The position numbers were made by a program, and so were the translations under genes. DNA of 47,642 nt from an uncultured Bacteroides sp. (lineage in GTDB: Bacteria; Bacteroidota; Bacteroidia; Bacteroidales; Bacteroidaceae), in NCBI GenBank assembly GCA_964555225.1, contig CAZKSK010000001.1:1-47642 (forward strand), read 5' to 3'. The notes beneath the pieces are model-generated. The model was not told the DNA's origin, searched no databases, and saw nothing but the letters and a program-made list of their open reading frames with translations. Positions 28,986 through 37,790 of this stretch are shown here, in pieces; within the stretch, counting starts at the first letter, position 1, and each line of letters begins with the position of its first letter.

Positions 28986-30533
28986 ATGAAAAGATTGAGT
29001 TGCATGTGTTCTACATGGAAAAACAATAAAGATGTTAGAAAGTTCTTGTTAGCGATGGCATTAGCCTTCGCTATGCAAGGACAGGCTAAACAGGCTTCCG
29101 AACAGACGGATTCTATGAGTACTCGTAAGTTAACTTTAGCTGAAGCTATTGCAATAGCCAGATCCAATAGTGTAGATGCAATAGTTGCAAAGAATGAATT
29201 AAAAACTTCTTATTGGGAATATAGAACGTTTAAAGCTGATTTATTACCGGAGGCTTCCTTTGCCGGAACATTGCCTAATTATAATAAAAGTTACACGTCC
29301 TATCAGCAGGAAAACGGTTCGTATACATTCATACGAAACAATTGGTTCGGGATGAGTGGTGAGTTGGATGTTACACAAAATATCTGGTTTACCGGAGGAA
29401 CACTCTCTTTATCTTCTTCGCTTGATTATATAAAAGAATTGGGAACTGATGGTGCAAAAAATTTTATGTCGGTTCCTGTAGGTTTAACTTTATCACAACC
29501 GATATTCGGGGTAAATGATTATAAATGGAAACGTCGCATTGAACCATTGAAATATAAGGAGGCGAAAGCAGAATTTATATCTGCTACAGAAGATGTTACG
29601 ATAAAAACTATTCAATATTTTTTTAATCTTTTACTGGCAAAGGAAAATGTGGGCATTGCCAAGCAGAATATGCAGAATGCCAAGAAGATATATGAAATAG
29701 CTGAAGCTCGTCGTGAAAGAGGACAAGTTAGTGAGAGTGATTTATTACAATTAAAGTTGGCAGCATTGAATGCTCAGTCCACCTTAACCAGTTATGAGAG
29801 TGAATTGAACGGTTGCCGTTTTAAACTCAGTAGCTTTTTGGGATTGGACGAAAATGAAAAAATTGAACCGGATATTCCTGAGAGTGTTCCTGATTTACAG
29901 TTACAATATACGGATGTGCTCGATAAAGCTTTGGCCAATAATTCATTTTCATTGAATATTCGTCGACGTCAGTTACAGGCAGATTATGATGTCGCAACGG
30001 CTAAAGGAAAACTTCGTGATATAAATTTGACTGCTTCAGTAGGATATTCGGGTATTGGCGATGATAAATTCAATAACGCATATAGAGATCTGAAAAGTAA
30101 TTCTATTGTAAGTGTCGGTTTTACGATTCCATTGGTCGATTGGGGAAAACGTCGTGGACAGGTGAAAATGGCGAAAAGTAATCGGGAAGTTACTCAAAGT
30201 AAGATTCGTCAGGAACAGATGACTTTCAATCAAGATATCTTTTTGTTAGTAGAACATTTTAATAATCAAAATGCTCAACTTCGGATAGCAAGTGAAGCTG
30301 ATGAGATTGCTCAGAAACGTTATAAAACAAGTATTGAAACGTTTATGATAGGCAAAATCAATACGCTCGACCTTAATGATGCACAGGTTAGTAAAGACGA
30401 AGCTCGCCAAAAACATATCAATGAATTATTTTATTATTGGTATTATTATTATCAACTTCGTAGTCTTACTCTTTGGGATTTTTCAAGGAATGAAGGAATT
30501 GAGGCCGATATTGAAGCTGTCATAAAGAAATAA
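28986..30533 (+). CDS. TolC-family outer-membrane channel
   Basis: Signal-like region; LTLAEAIAIA, KADLLPE, LSQPIF, TIQYFFNLL, FTIPLVDWG and GKINTLDL. Confidence 0.9.
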   Translation: MKRLSCMCSTWKNNKDVRKFLLAMALAFAMQGQAKQASEQTDSMSTRKLTLAEAIAIARSNSVDAIVAKNELKTSYWEYRTFKADLLPEASFAGTLPNYNKSYTSYQQENGSYTFIRNNWFGMSGELDVTQNIWFTGGTLSLSSSLDYIKELGTDGAKNFMSVPVGLTLSQPIFGVNDYKWKRRIEPLKYKEAKAEFISATEDVTIKTIQYFFNLLLAKENVGIAKQNMQNAKKIYEIAEARRERGQVSESDLLQLKLAALNAQSTLTSYESELNGCRFKLSSFLGLDENEKIEPDIPESVPDLQLQYTDVLDKALANNSFSLNIRRRQLQADYDVATAKGKLRDINLTASVGYSGIGDDKFNNAYRDLKSNSIVSVGFTIPLVDWGKRRGQVKMAKSNREVTQSKIRQEQMTFNQDIFLLVEHFNNQNAQLRIASEADEIAQKRYKTSIETFMIGKINTLDLNDAQVSKDEARQKHINELFYYWYYYYQLRSLTLWDFSRNEGIEADIEAVIKK

Positions 30534-30550
30534 TTTATATATTTGTATTC

Positions 30551-31906
30551 ATGATATTGATAATAGATGATGATCAGGCGATTCGGGTTTCGCTAACAAT
30601 TCTGCTAAAGCGTTCCGGTTATGAACCCGAAGCAGTAGCCTCTCCCAAAGAGGCTATGACTATCATTCGTGCTGTTGAACCTCAACTTGTCTTGATGGAT
30701 ATGAATTTTTCTTTGACTACTTCAGGTGAAGAAGGACTTACTCTTTTGAAACAGGTAAAGTTGTTTCGCCCGGATGTCCCGGTCTTTTTGATGACAGCCT
30801 GGGGTAGTATCGAACTGGCTGTCAAAGGAATGCAATTAGGTGCTTTTGATTTTGTTACCAAGCCGTGGAATAATATTTTGTTGTTACAACGCATTGAAAC
30901 GGCCTTGGAGTTGGCAAATACTAAAAATGGAGAAATTTCGGAATCAATTGAATCCACTGATGATTTTGACCGTAGTTTTATTATCGGGCGAAGTGCCGCT
31001 TTGGAATCCGTTTTGGATGCCGTTCGTCGAGTCGCCAGAACAAATGCCAGCGTACTTATTACCGGTGAAAGTGGTACCGGAAAGGAGCTGATCGCGGAAG
31101 CTTTACATCGTAACAGCCTTCGACGTGATAAGAATTTTGTGAAAGTGAACCTTGGTGGTATTTCACAAACGCTTTTTGAAAGTGAAATGTTCGGTCATAA
31201 AAAAGGCGCTTTTACGGATGCCAGTGCAGATCGTATAGGAAGATTTGAGATGGCCGATAAGGGAACGATTTTTCTAGATGAAATAGGTGATTTGGATCTT
31301 GGAAGTCAGGTGAAATTGCTTCGAGTATTACAAGATCAAACTTTTGAACCTTTAGGCGATAGTAGGCCTCATAAAGTCGATGTACGTGTAGTTTCTGCAA
31401 CAAATGCAGATTTGGCAATGCGAATACGCGAGCATACTTTTCGTGAGGATTTGTTTTATCGGATCAATTTAATTACGATACATTTACCTGCTCTCCGTGA
31501 ACGAAGGGATGATATCCCATTATTGGTTCAATACTTTTTGACTAAACAGTGTGAAGTAAACGGACTACCTCTAGTCGATGTAACGTCGGATGGATTGACG
31601 TTTCTTTCTCGGCTTCCTTTTAGTGGAAATATTCGTGAGCTCAAAAATTTAGTGGAACGTACATTGTTAATGAGTGGAAAGAAATTATTGACTGCGGCAG
31701 ATTTTGAAGCACAAGCTCATTTTGAAGAAAAAACTCCAAGAGCTGATTTGGGATTAACACTTGATGAAATAGAAAAACAGACTATTTTGACTGCGTTTGA
31801 TAAATATGGGAATAATATTAGTCGGGTAGCAAATAGTTTAGGCATCAGCCGTGCGGCACTTTACAGGCGATTGGAAAAATATGGAATACAGATAAAAGAA
31901 AATTAG
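30551..31906 (+). CDS. NtrC-family sigma-54-dependent response regulator
   Basis: REC domain (IIDDD, LMDMN), GESGTGKE, ESEMFGHKKGAFTDA, FLDEIG, FREDLFYR, GNIREL and a Fis-type HTH (ANSLGISRAALYRRL). Confidence 0.96.
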   Translation: MILIIDDDQAIRVSLTILLKRSGYEPEAVASPKEAMTIIRAVEPQLVLMDMNFSLTTSGEEGLTLLKQVKLFRPDVPVFLMTAWGSIELAVKGMQLGAFDFVTKPWNNILLLQRIETALELANTKNGEISESIESTDDFDRSFIIGRSAALESVLDAVRRVARTNASVLITGESGTGKELIAEALHRNSLRRDKNFVKVNLGGISQTLFESEMFGHKKGAFTDASADRIGRFEMADKGTIFLDEIGDLDLGSQVKLLRVLQDQTFEPLGDSRPHKVDVRVVSATNADLAMRIREHTFREDLFYRINLITIHLPALRERRDDIPLLVQYFLTKQCEVNGLPLVDVTSDGLTFLSRLPFSGNIRELKNLVERTLLMSGKKLLTAADFEAQAHFEEKTPRADLGLTLDEIEKQTILTAFDKYGNNISRVANSLGISRAALYRRLEKYGIQIKEN

Positions 31907-31908
31907 AA

Positions 31909-33204
31909 ATGAGGCTGAGAGGATGGTTTATTATATTAATATTGCTTTTGGGCTTGATCTTTGTATTGCTCACTCTGCAATTTTATATACCTCGAACACA
32001 TCTTTTTTATTTTATTGAAACAGTTGGTTTAATAACAATTATTTATTCTTTTTTCTTTTATCGCAGGGTGATTCAACCGATTCAGACGATAGGTAACGGC
32101 ATGGAATTATTGAAGGAACAGGATTTTAGTAGTCGTTTGCGTAAAGTAAATCAAGCGGATGCGGATCGTATTGTCGATGTTTTTAATCGCATGATGGCTC
32201 AATTGAAAGAAGAACGATTACGGGTGCGTGAACAGAATAATTTCTTGGATTTATTGATACAGGCTTCACCTATGGGGGTTGTCATTTTGGATTTCAATGA
32301 ACGGATTACCCAACTCAATCCGGCGGCCGAAAAATTTCTTGATAGTTCTATTAATACGTCTCTTATTGGAAAAAAATTAAGTGAACTTCAATCAACGTTA
32401 GGTGATGATATGGCAATATGGGGAAAGAATACAGTAGATATTTTTCAATTGAATGATTCACATATTTATCGCTGTTCTCGCCTTTCTTTCGTAGATCATG
32501 GTTTCACTCATCCTTTTCTCCTTATAGAAAGTCTCACTGATGAAGTGATGAAAGCAGAGAAAAAAGCTTATGAAAAAGTGATTCGCATGATAGCTCATGA
32601 GGTGAATAATACGACTGCCGGAGTAACATCTACGCTTGATACCGTAATTACTACATTAAAGGATTTTTCTGATAATGCCGAACTTTGCGAAGTAATGCGC
32701 GTGTGCATAGAGCGTTGTTATTCAATGAGTGATTTTATTACTAAATTTGCCGATGTGGTGAAAATTCCGGAACCTCAATTACAACGTATCGATTTAAATG
32801 ATCGTTTAGGTGCCTGTCTTACTCTTATGGAGTCAGTGTGTGCAGATCGTCATATTCGTTTGCATAAGAATTTTTATCCTTCATCTCTTTTTGTTATGGC
32901 CGATTCGTCTCTTTTGGAACAAGTTATTATGAATATAGTAAAAAACTCGGCAGAGAGCATAGGCGAAGATGGCGATTTATACATTACAACATCTCTGACT
33001 CCTACCATGCTTGAGATTGCAGATACGGGTGCAGGAATCAGTAAGGAGGTAGAAAAAAAACTTTTTAGTCCGTTTTTTTCTACCAAGCCCAATGGGCAAG
33101 GAATAGGTCTTATTTTTATTCGTGAAGTTCTTAATAAACATGGATTTAACTTTTCTTTAAAAACATACGAAGATGGTTTGACTCGTTTTCGCATTTTCTT
33201 TTAA
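31909..33204 (+). CDS. Sensor histidine kinase (2 TM, HAMP, PAS-like, HisKA, HATPase)
   Basis: IAHEVNN, NIVKNSAE, DTGAGI and FFSTKPNGQGIGL. Confidence 0.92.
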   Translation: MRLRGWFIILILLLGLIFVLLTLQFYIPRTHLFYFIETVGLITIIYSFFFYRRVIQPIQTIGNGMELLKEQDFSSRLRKVNQADADRIVDVFNRMMAQLKEERLRVREQNNFLDLLIQASPMGVVILDFNERITQLNPAAEKFLDSSINTSLIGKKLSELQSTLGDDMAIWGKNTVDIFQLNDSHIYRCSRLSFVDHGFTHPFLLIESLTDEVMKAEKKAYEKVIRMIAHEVNNTTAGVTSTLDTVITTLKDFSDNAELCEVMRVCIERCYSMSDFITKFADVVKIPEPQLQRIDLNDRLGACLTLMESVCADRHIRLHKNFYPSSLFVMADSSLLEQVIMNIVKNSAESIGEDGDLYITTSLTPTMLEIADTGAGISKEVEKKLFSPFFSTKPNGQGIGLIFIREVLNKHGFNFSLKTYEDGLTRFRIFF

Positions 33205-33304
33205 ACTCTAATTAAACTATTTATTCAAAAATTCGTATTATCTGGTCAGACGTTTGGTCCTTCAATTTTTTTCCCTTTCTTTGTATTATTGAAAAATAAT
33301 ACTA

Positions 33305-36300
33305 ATGAAAAAAGCACTGACTCTATGTTTACTCCTGATTTTTGAATTGGCGAGTTTGGCTCAACCGATATTTAATGAGGAACGGTTCTCAGCAAATAAT
33401 GGAATCCGCAGTGTTGTACAAGGAGCTTTTCAGGATAATCAAGGTTATTTATGGTTCGCAACATGGAGCGGATTGGAAAAATATGATGGATATTCATTTA
33501 AGAGTTATAAGTCCCATGTGGGTGATGGCTCAACCTTAACTAATAATCGAATTATTTCCGTACAGGAAGGATGGAATAAAAATCTTTGGTGTTGTACATA
33601 TGATAATCGAGTTTTTCTTTTCGATGTGCATAATGAATTCTTCATTGATGTATTACTTCCTATTGAACAGACGATGAAACGGAAAAATGTAGTACAAACA
33701 ATTTATACCTTGCCTAAAGGTATAGTTTGGATTGTTTGTTCCGGTGGCTTCAATTATCGGGTAGAAGAAAAACGTTTGAAAGAGAAGGGAAGTATCAAGT
33801 ATTATGGAACTTTTGATGGCTCCCTGCGAGGAGACTGTGTTTATTCTGTTTTTCAGGATAGAGAAGGTGACGAGTGGATATTAACAGATAAAGGCCCTTC
33901 AATATGTGGCAAAAAACAAATAGATTGTGATTCTCCATTTCAATATTATCAAGAAAAAGGACAATCAATATGGTTGACCACTGCTAACGGCTTTTTAGTG
34001 AGATATGATAAAAAACATCAGTTGGTTATTCCCGTTGCGATTCCCTATTCAATTCACCAAGTCGTCAGTTTGAATCTGCTGCGTGACGGAACTTTAGTTA
34101 TAGGCACTGATAGGGGATTGATAATGTATTCAACGGTTTCAGGAAAATTTGAAAAGCCCGATTCATCTATTAATGATCCTGCTGTTTTTGCGGGAGAAGA
34201 TCATTGGGGAAATATTTGGTTTGTTGACAATAGGAAAGGTATTAACCGTTATGATCGTTTGCAGAAAACAATAACACATTATTTTACATTGGATGAGTAT
34301 CTTCCTGAAACAGAACAAACCGGAGGCTTCTTTTTTCATGAAGATAAGAATGACAATATTATTGTATGGCCTAAATATGGGGTATTGGGTTATTATGATG
34401 CAAAGACGGATAAATTGATCCCGGTTATGGCGAATGGTTCCTATATTGATATGAAAACATTCTTTTTTGATCGACAAGGAAATTTGTGGCATTCTGATCA
34501 GCATAATCTGAGTAAATTGACTCTTTTTAATCGGAATTTTTTATTAAAGAATGATGCATTTGAAGTACGTTCTCTTTTTATCGATCGGCAAAAAAGAATC
34601 TGGATAGCATCAAAGGACGGATATATCAGAATTGAAAATGAAAATAAAAATCTTATTGGCTATTTGAATCGTAAAGGTCAAATATCGCCTAATAAAGTGA
34701 GTTTTGGCTCAAATGTATATAGTATGATGCAGGAGGAGGACGGAACAATTTGGATGGGAATGCGTAACGATGGACTTATTATTCTCAAACCTAGTTCTTT
34801 GAAAGAAGATTCATATAAAATTATTACTTATAAAAATATAAAAGCTGACCCGTATAGTCTTAGTGACAATAGTCTTTTTTCGATTCTTAAAGACAGTAAA
34901 AAAAGGATATGGATAGGAACATATGGCGGAGGATTGAATCTTGTGCAGAATTCAAGTGATTTATATCATCTTAAATTTATAAATAAAAATAATCAGTTGA
35001 TAACATATCCCAAAGAATTTTATTCCAAGATACGTTTTTTGTTTGAGGATCAAAATGTTATATTCGTTTGCACAACCGATGGCCTTTTGACATGTTCTAC
35101 CCGGATAGATAATATAAGCGGAATCAAATTTTTTAAAAATGAAAGAAGTCCTTATCGGGCTGACGGGTTGAGTAATAACAATGTGATGCGTATGTTTAAG
35201 GATCGTCAGGGGAATCTTTATGCTGTCGAATATGGTGGAGGCTTTAGTCGTATTCTTTCAAAAAATTATCTTACCGATCATTTGATTTTTAAATCTTACA
35301 GTGAGAGAGAAGGCCTTTTGTCCGATCTTGCTTTGTCAATGGTTGAAGACAAAAAGGGTTATTTATGGATTTTTATGGAAAGAGGGATTTCAAAATTTAA
35401 TCCTCGGGAAGAGAATTTTGTTAATTTTAAGAATGATTTCTTCATGGGAGATTTTTCCATCTCTGAATGTATGCCTGTTGTTGATTGTCGCGGAAATATT
35501 TGGGTAGGTACTGATATGGGTTATTTATATTTTTCTCCGATGAGTCTCACTAAGAGATCTTATATTCCGTATATTGTTTTTACTGAAGTAAAATCGCAGA
35601 ATAAAATTTTTAGAAGTAATCGCTATGATAGTAATAAGTTGGAAATTAAACCCGATGAGCGAAGTTTTTCCATTCAGTTTGCCGCATTGGATTATGCGAG
35701 TTCTGTCGGAATAAATTATGCATACAGATTGAAAGGAGGTGAAGATGATTGGCATTATGTTGGGACAAGCCGTGAAGCAAATTATATTAATATTCCACAT
35801 GGCAAATATGAATTTCAAGTAAAATCAACGAATGGAGATGGAGTCTGGTACAACAATATTCGTACACTACAAATTATTGTAGAACCGACTTTTTGGGAGA
35901 CTCCTTGGGCATGGATTCTTTATATTTTATTATTATTTATCATAGTAAGTGTGATTGCCTATTTTATGTTTTATATTTATCGACTACGTCATCAAGTTGA
36001 TATAGAACAGGGGCTTTCAGAAGTGAAATTACGCTTTTTCACTGATATTTCACATGAATTGCGTACGCCTCTCAGCCTAATAGGTAGTCCGATAGAAGAG
36101 GTCTTGAATAATGAACAATTGTCCGGTCAGGCAAAAAAATATTTACAAGTAGCGAAAAATAATGCTGATAGAATGTTGAGGCTTATTAATCAAATACTTG
36201 ATTTTCGGAAAATACAGAATAATAAGATGAAGATTCTTGTTGAAGAAATTGAAATTGTTTCTTTTTTGTCCAAGATTGTTGAAAATTTCCGTTCCGTTGC

Positions 36301-37603
36301 TGAAGAAAGGCATTTACAGTATAAATATGAACCCCAAATAGACAGGCAGATAATTTGGGCTGATCATGATAAATTGGAAAAGATTTTTTATAATTTGATA
36401 TCGAATGCTTTTAAATATACACCGGAAGGAAAGGCTATTATTGTTACGGTAAATAAGGATGGAGAGAATTTATCGGTTTGTGTAGTTGATGAAGGTATCG
36501 GAATTAATCCTATGAAATTCGCAAAGTTGTTCCAGCGTTTTGAGACTCTGGCCAATCAGAACATTATGCAACCATCTTCAGGCATCGGGTTGTCTTTGGT
36601 TAAGGAATTTATTGAATTACATCATGCAAAAATTGATGTAAAAAGTACTGTGGGAAGAGGAAGTGAATTTATGGTAACCTTTTTGTTGGGTAAAGAACAT
36701 TTTATGAATGATGATCATGCGGAATTTATTTTGAATGATGGTAGGGAGTCGGTTGATTCATTGGTTGAAAATGGTGAAAATAAAGAAGAGAAAGAAATAG
36801 ATAAACTTTCTATTTTGATTGTGGAGGATAATAAAGAGTTGAGTTTTTTCTTAAAAAGTGTGCTTGGACATTCTTATTCTGTGATAGAAGCTGTCGATGG
36901 CTCTCAAGGATTGAAAGCAGCTATAGAAAATATACCGGATATTATCATAACAGATATAATGATGCCTGTTATGGATGGAATTGAAATGATAAAATGCATT
37001 AAAGCTGATAAAAATACATGTCATATTCCTATTATTATATTAACGGCAAAAGCATCTTTGGATGATCGGATAGCAGGCCTTAAAACCGGGATTGATGATT
37101 ACTTGACAAAACCTTTTAGTGCTACATATTTAAAAACGCGTGTGGCGACATTACTTCAACAAAGGAAACAATTACAGGAACGGTATATTCAGTTGCTGTC
37201 AGGAAATAAGGAAGAAACCTTGAACAATATAAATTTTCAATTGCCAAAACCATGTGTTAATAGTTTTGATGACGAATTTGTTAAGAAAGTTATGGAATTT
37301 ATAGAGAGTAATATAGATGAGCCTAACCTTACTATTGATGAATTTGCAGAATATTTAAATATGAGTAGAACTGTTTTTTATAGGAAATTGAAAGCGATGA
37401 CAGGTTTATCGCCTATTGAGTTTATTATGAAAATGAGAATTAATAGAGCTACCCAATTAATTGAAACAGGAAAATATACTTTTTCTCAGATAGCATATAT
37501 GAGCGGATTTGCTGATCCGAAATATTTTAGCAAGTGTTTTAAGCGCTTTAAAGGAGTTACTCCTACTGAATATAAAGAAACATTGCAGGAAACCATTGAT
37601 TAA
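33305..37603 (+). CDS. Hybrid two-component system (beta-propeller, Y_Y_Y, HK, REC, AraC)
   Basis: Repeated D..G..W propeller motifs, YAYRL..GKYEFQV, TM, ISHELRTPL, NAFKYT, TDIMMP and GFADPKYFSKCFK. Confidence 0.96.
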   Translation: MKKALTLCLLLIFELASLAQPIFNEERFSANNGIRSVVQGAFQDNQGYLWFATWSGLEKYDGYSFKSYKSHVGDGSTLTNNRIISVQEGWNKNLWCCTYDNRVFLFDVHNEFFIDVLLPIEQTMKRKNVVQTIYTLPKGIVWIVCSGGFNYRVEEKRLKEKGSIKYYGTFDGSLRGDCVYSVFQDREGDEWILTDKGPSICGKKQIDCDSPFQYYQEKGQSIWLTTANGFLVRYDKKHQLVIPVAIPYSIHQVVSLNLLRDGTLVIGTDRGLIMYSTVSGKFEKPDSSINDPAVFAGEDHWGNIWFVDNRKGINRYDRLQKTITHYFTLDEYLPETEQTGGFFFHEDKNDNIIVWPKYGVLGYYDAKTDKLIPVMANGSYIDMKTFFFDRQGNLWHSDQHNLSKLTLFNRNFLLKNDAFEVRSLFIDRQKRIWIASKDGYIRIENENKNLIGYLNRKGQISPNKVSFGSNVYSMMQEEDGTIWMGMRNDGLIILKPSSLKEDSYKIITYKNIKADPYSLSDNSLFSILKDSKKRIWIGTYGGGLNLVQNSSDLYHLKFINKNNQLITYPKEFYSKIRFLFEDQNVIFVCTTDGLLTCSTRIDNISGIKFFKNERSPYRADGLSNNNVMRMFKDRQGNLYAVEYGGGFSRILSKNYLTDHLIFKSYSEREGLLSDLALSMVEDKKGYLWIFMERGISKFNPREENFVNFKNDFFMGDFSISECMPVVDCRGNIWVGTDMGYLYFSPMSLTKRSYIPYIVFTEVKSQNKIFRSNRYDSNKLEIKPDERSFSIQFAALDYASSVGINYAYRLKGGEDDWHYVGTSREANYINIPHGKYEFQVKSTNGDGVWYNNIRTLQIIVEPTFWETPWAWILYILLLFIIVSVIAYFMFYIYRLRHQVDIEQGLSEVKLRFFTDISHELRTPLSLIGSPIEEVLNNEQLSGQAKKYLQVAKNNADRMLRLINQILDFRKIQNNKMKILVEEIEIVSFLSKIVENFRSVAEERHLQYKYEPQIDRQIIWADHDKLEKIFYNLISNAFKYTPEGKAIIVTVNKDGENLSVCVVDEGIGINPMKFAKLFQRFETLANQNIMQPSSGIGLSLVKEFIELHHAKIDVKSTVGRGSEFMVTFLLGKEHFMNDDHAEFILNDGRESVDSLVENGENKEEKEIDKLSILIVEDNKELSFFLKSVLGHSYSVIEAVDGSQGLKAAIENIPDIIITDIMMPVMDGIEMIKCIKADKNTCHIPIIILTAKASLDDRIAGLKTGIDDYLTKPFSATYLKTRVATLLQQRKQLQERYIQLLSGNKEETLNNINFQLPKPCVNSFDDEFVKKVMEFIESNIDEPNLTIDEFAEYLNMSRTVFYRKLKAMTGLSPIEFIMKMRINRATQLIETGKYTFSQIAYMSGFADPKYFSKCFKRFKGVTPTEYKETLQETID

Positions 37604-37680
37604 AACGCTAAAAAATATTTATGAAGTAGGATAAGGTGGAAAAATAATTTAAATATTCTTTTATTTGTTTTTGCATAAAT

Positions 37681-37737
37681 AATACACTGTTTTTGTTAAA
37701 TATTACCCCGCTTTTAGCTTTTATTTCTAGATTTTTG
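37681..37737 (+). promoter_or_regulatory. Candidate HTCS operator (21-bp-period direct repeat) and degenerate -7 element upstream of susC
   Basis: AATACACTGTTTTTG (37681) and ATTACCCCGCTTTTA (37702), shared pattern TACnCnGnTTTT, followed by GATTTTTG at 37730-37737. Confidence 0.45.
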
Positions 37738-37790
37738 TATTGGGTAATAATACCTAATAATCATTTAATAACTATTTAAAACACTAAAAA

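Noticed and set aside
27369-29167. Short antisense or alternative-frame ORFs in the permease and tolC genes (and similar ones in HTCS and susCD)
   Set aside because: They overlap well-supported genes and have no independent evidence.
33253-33283. HTCS promoter TTTG-N19-TTTCTTTG
   Set aside because: The spacing fits, but the conserved TA is absent, so it is too weak to list as a feature.
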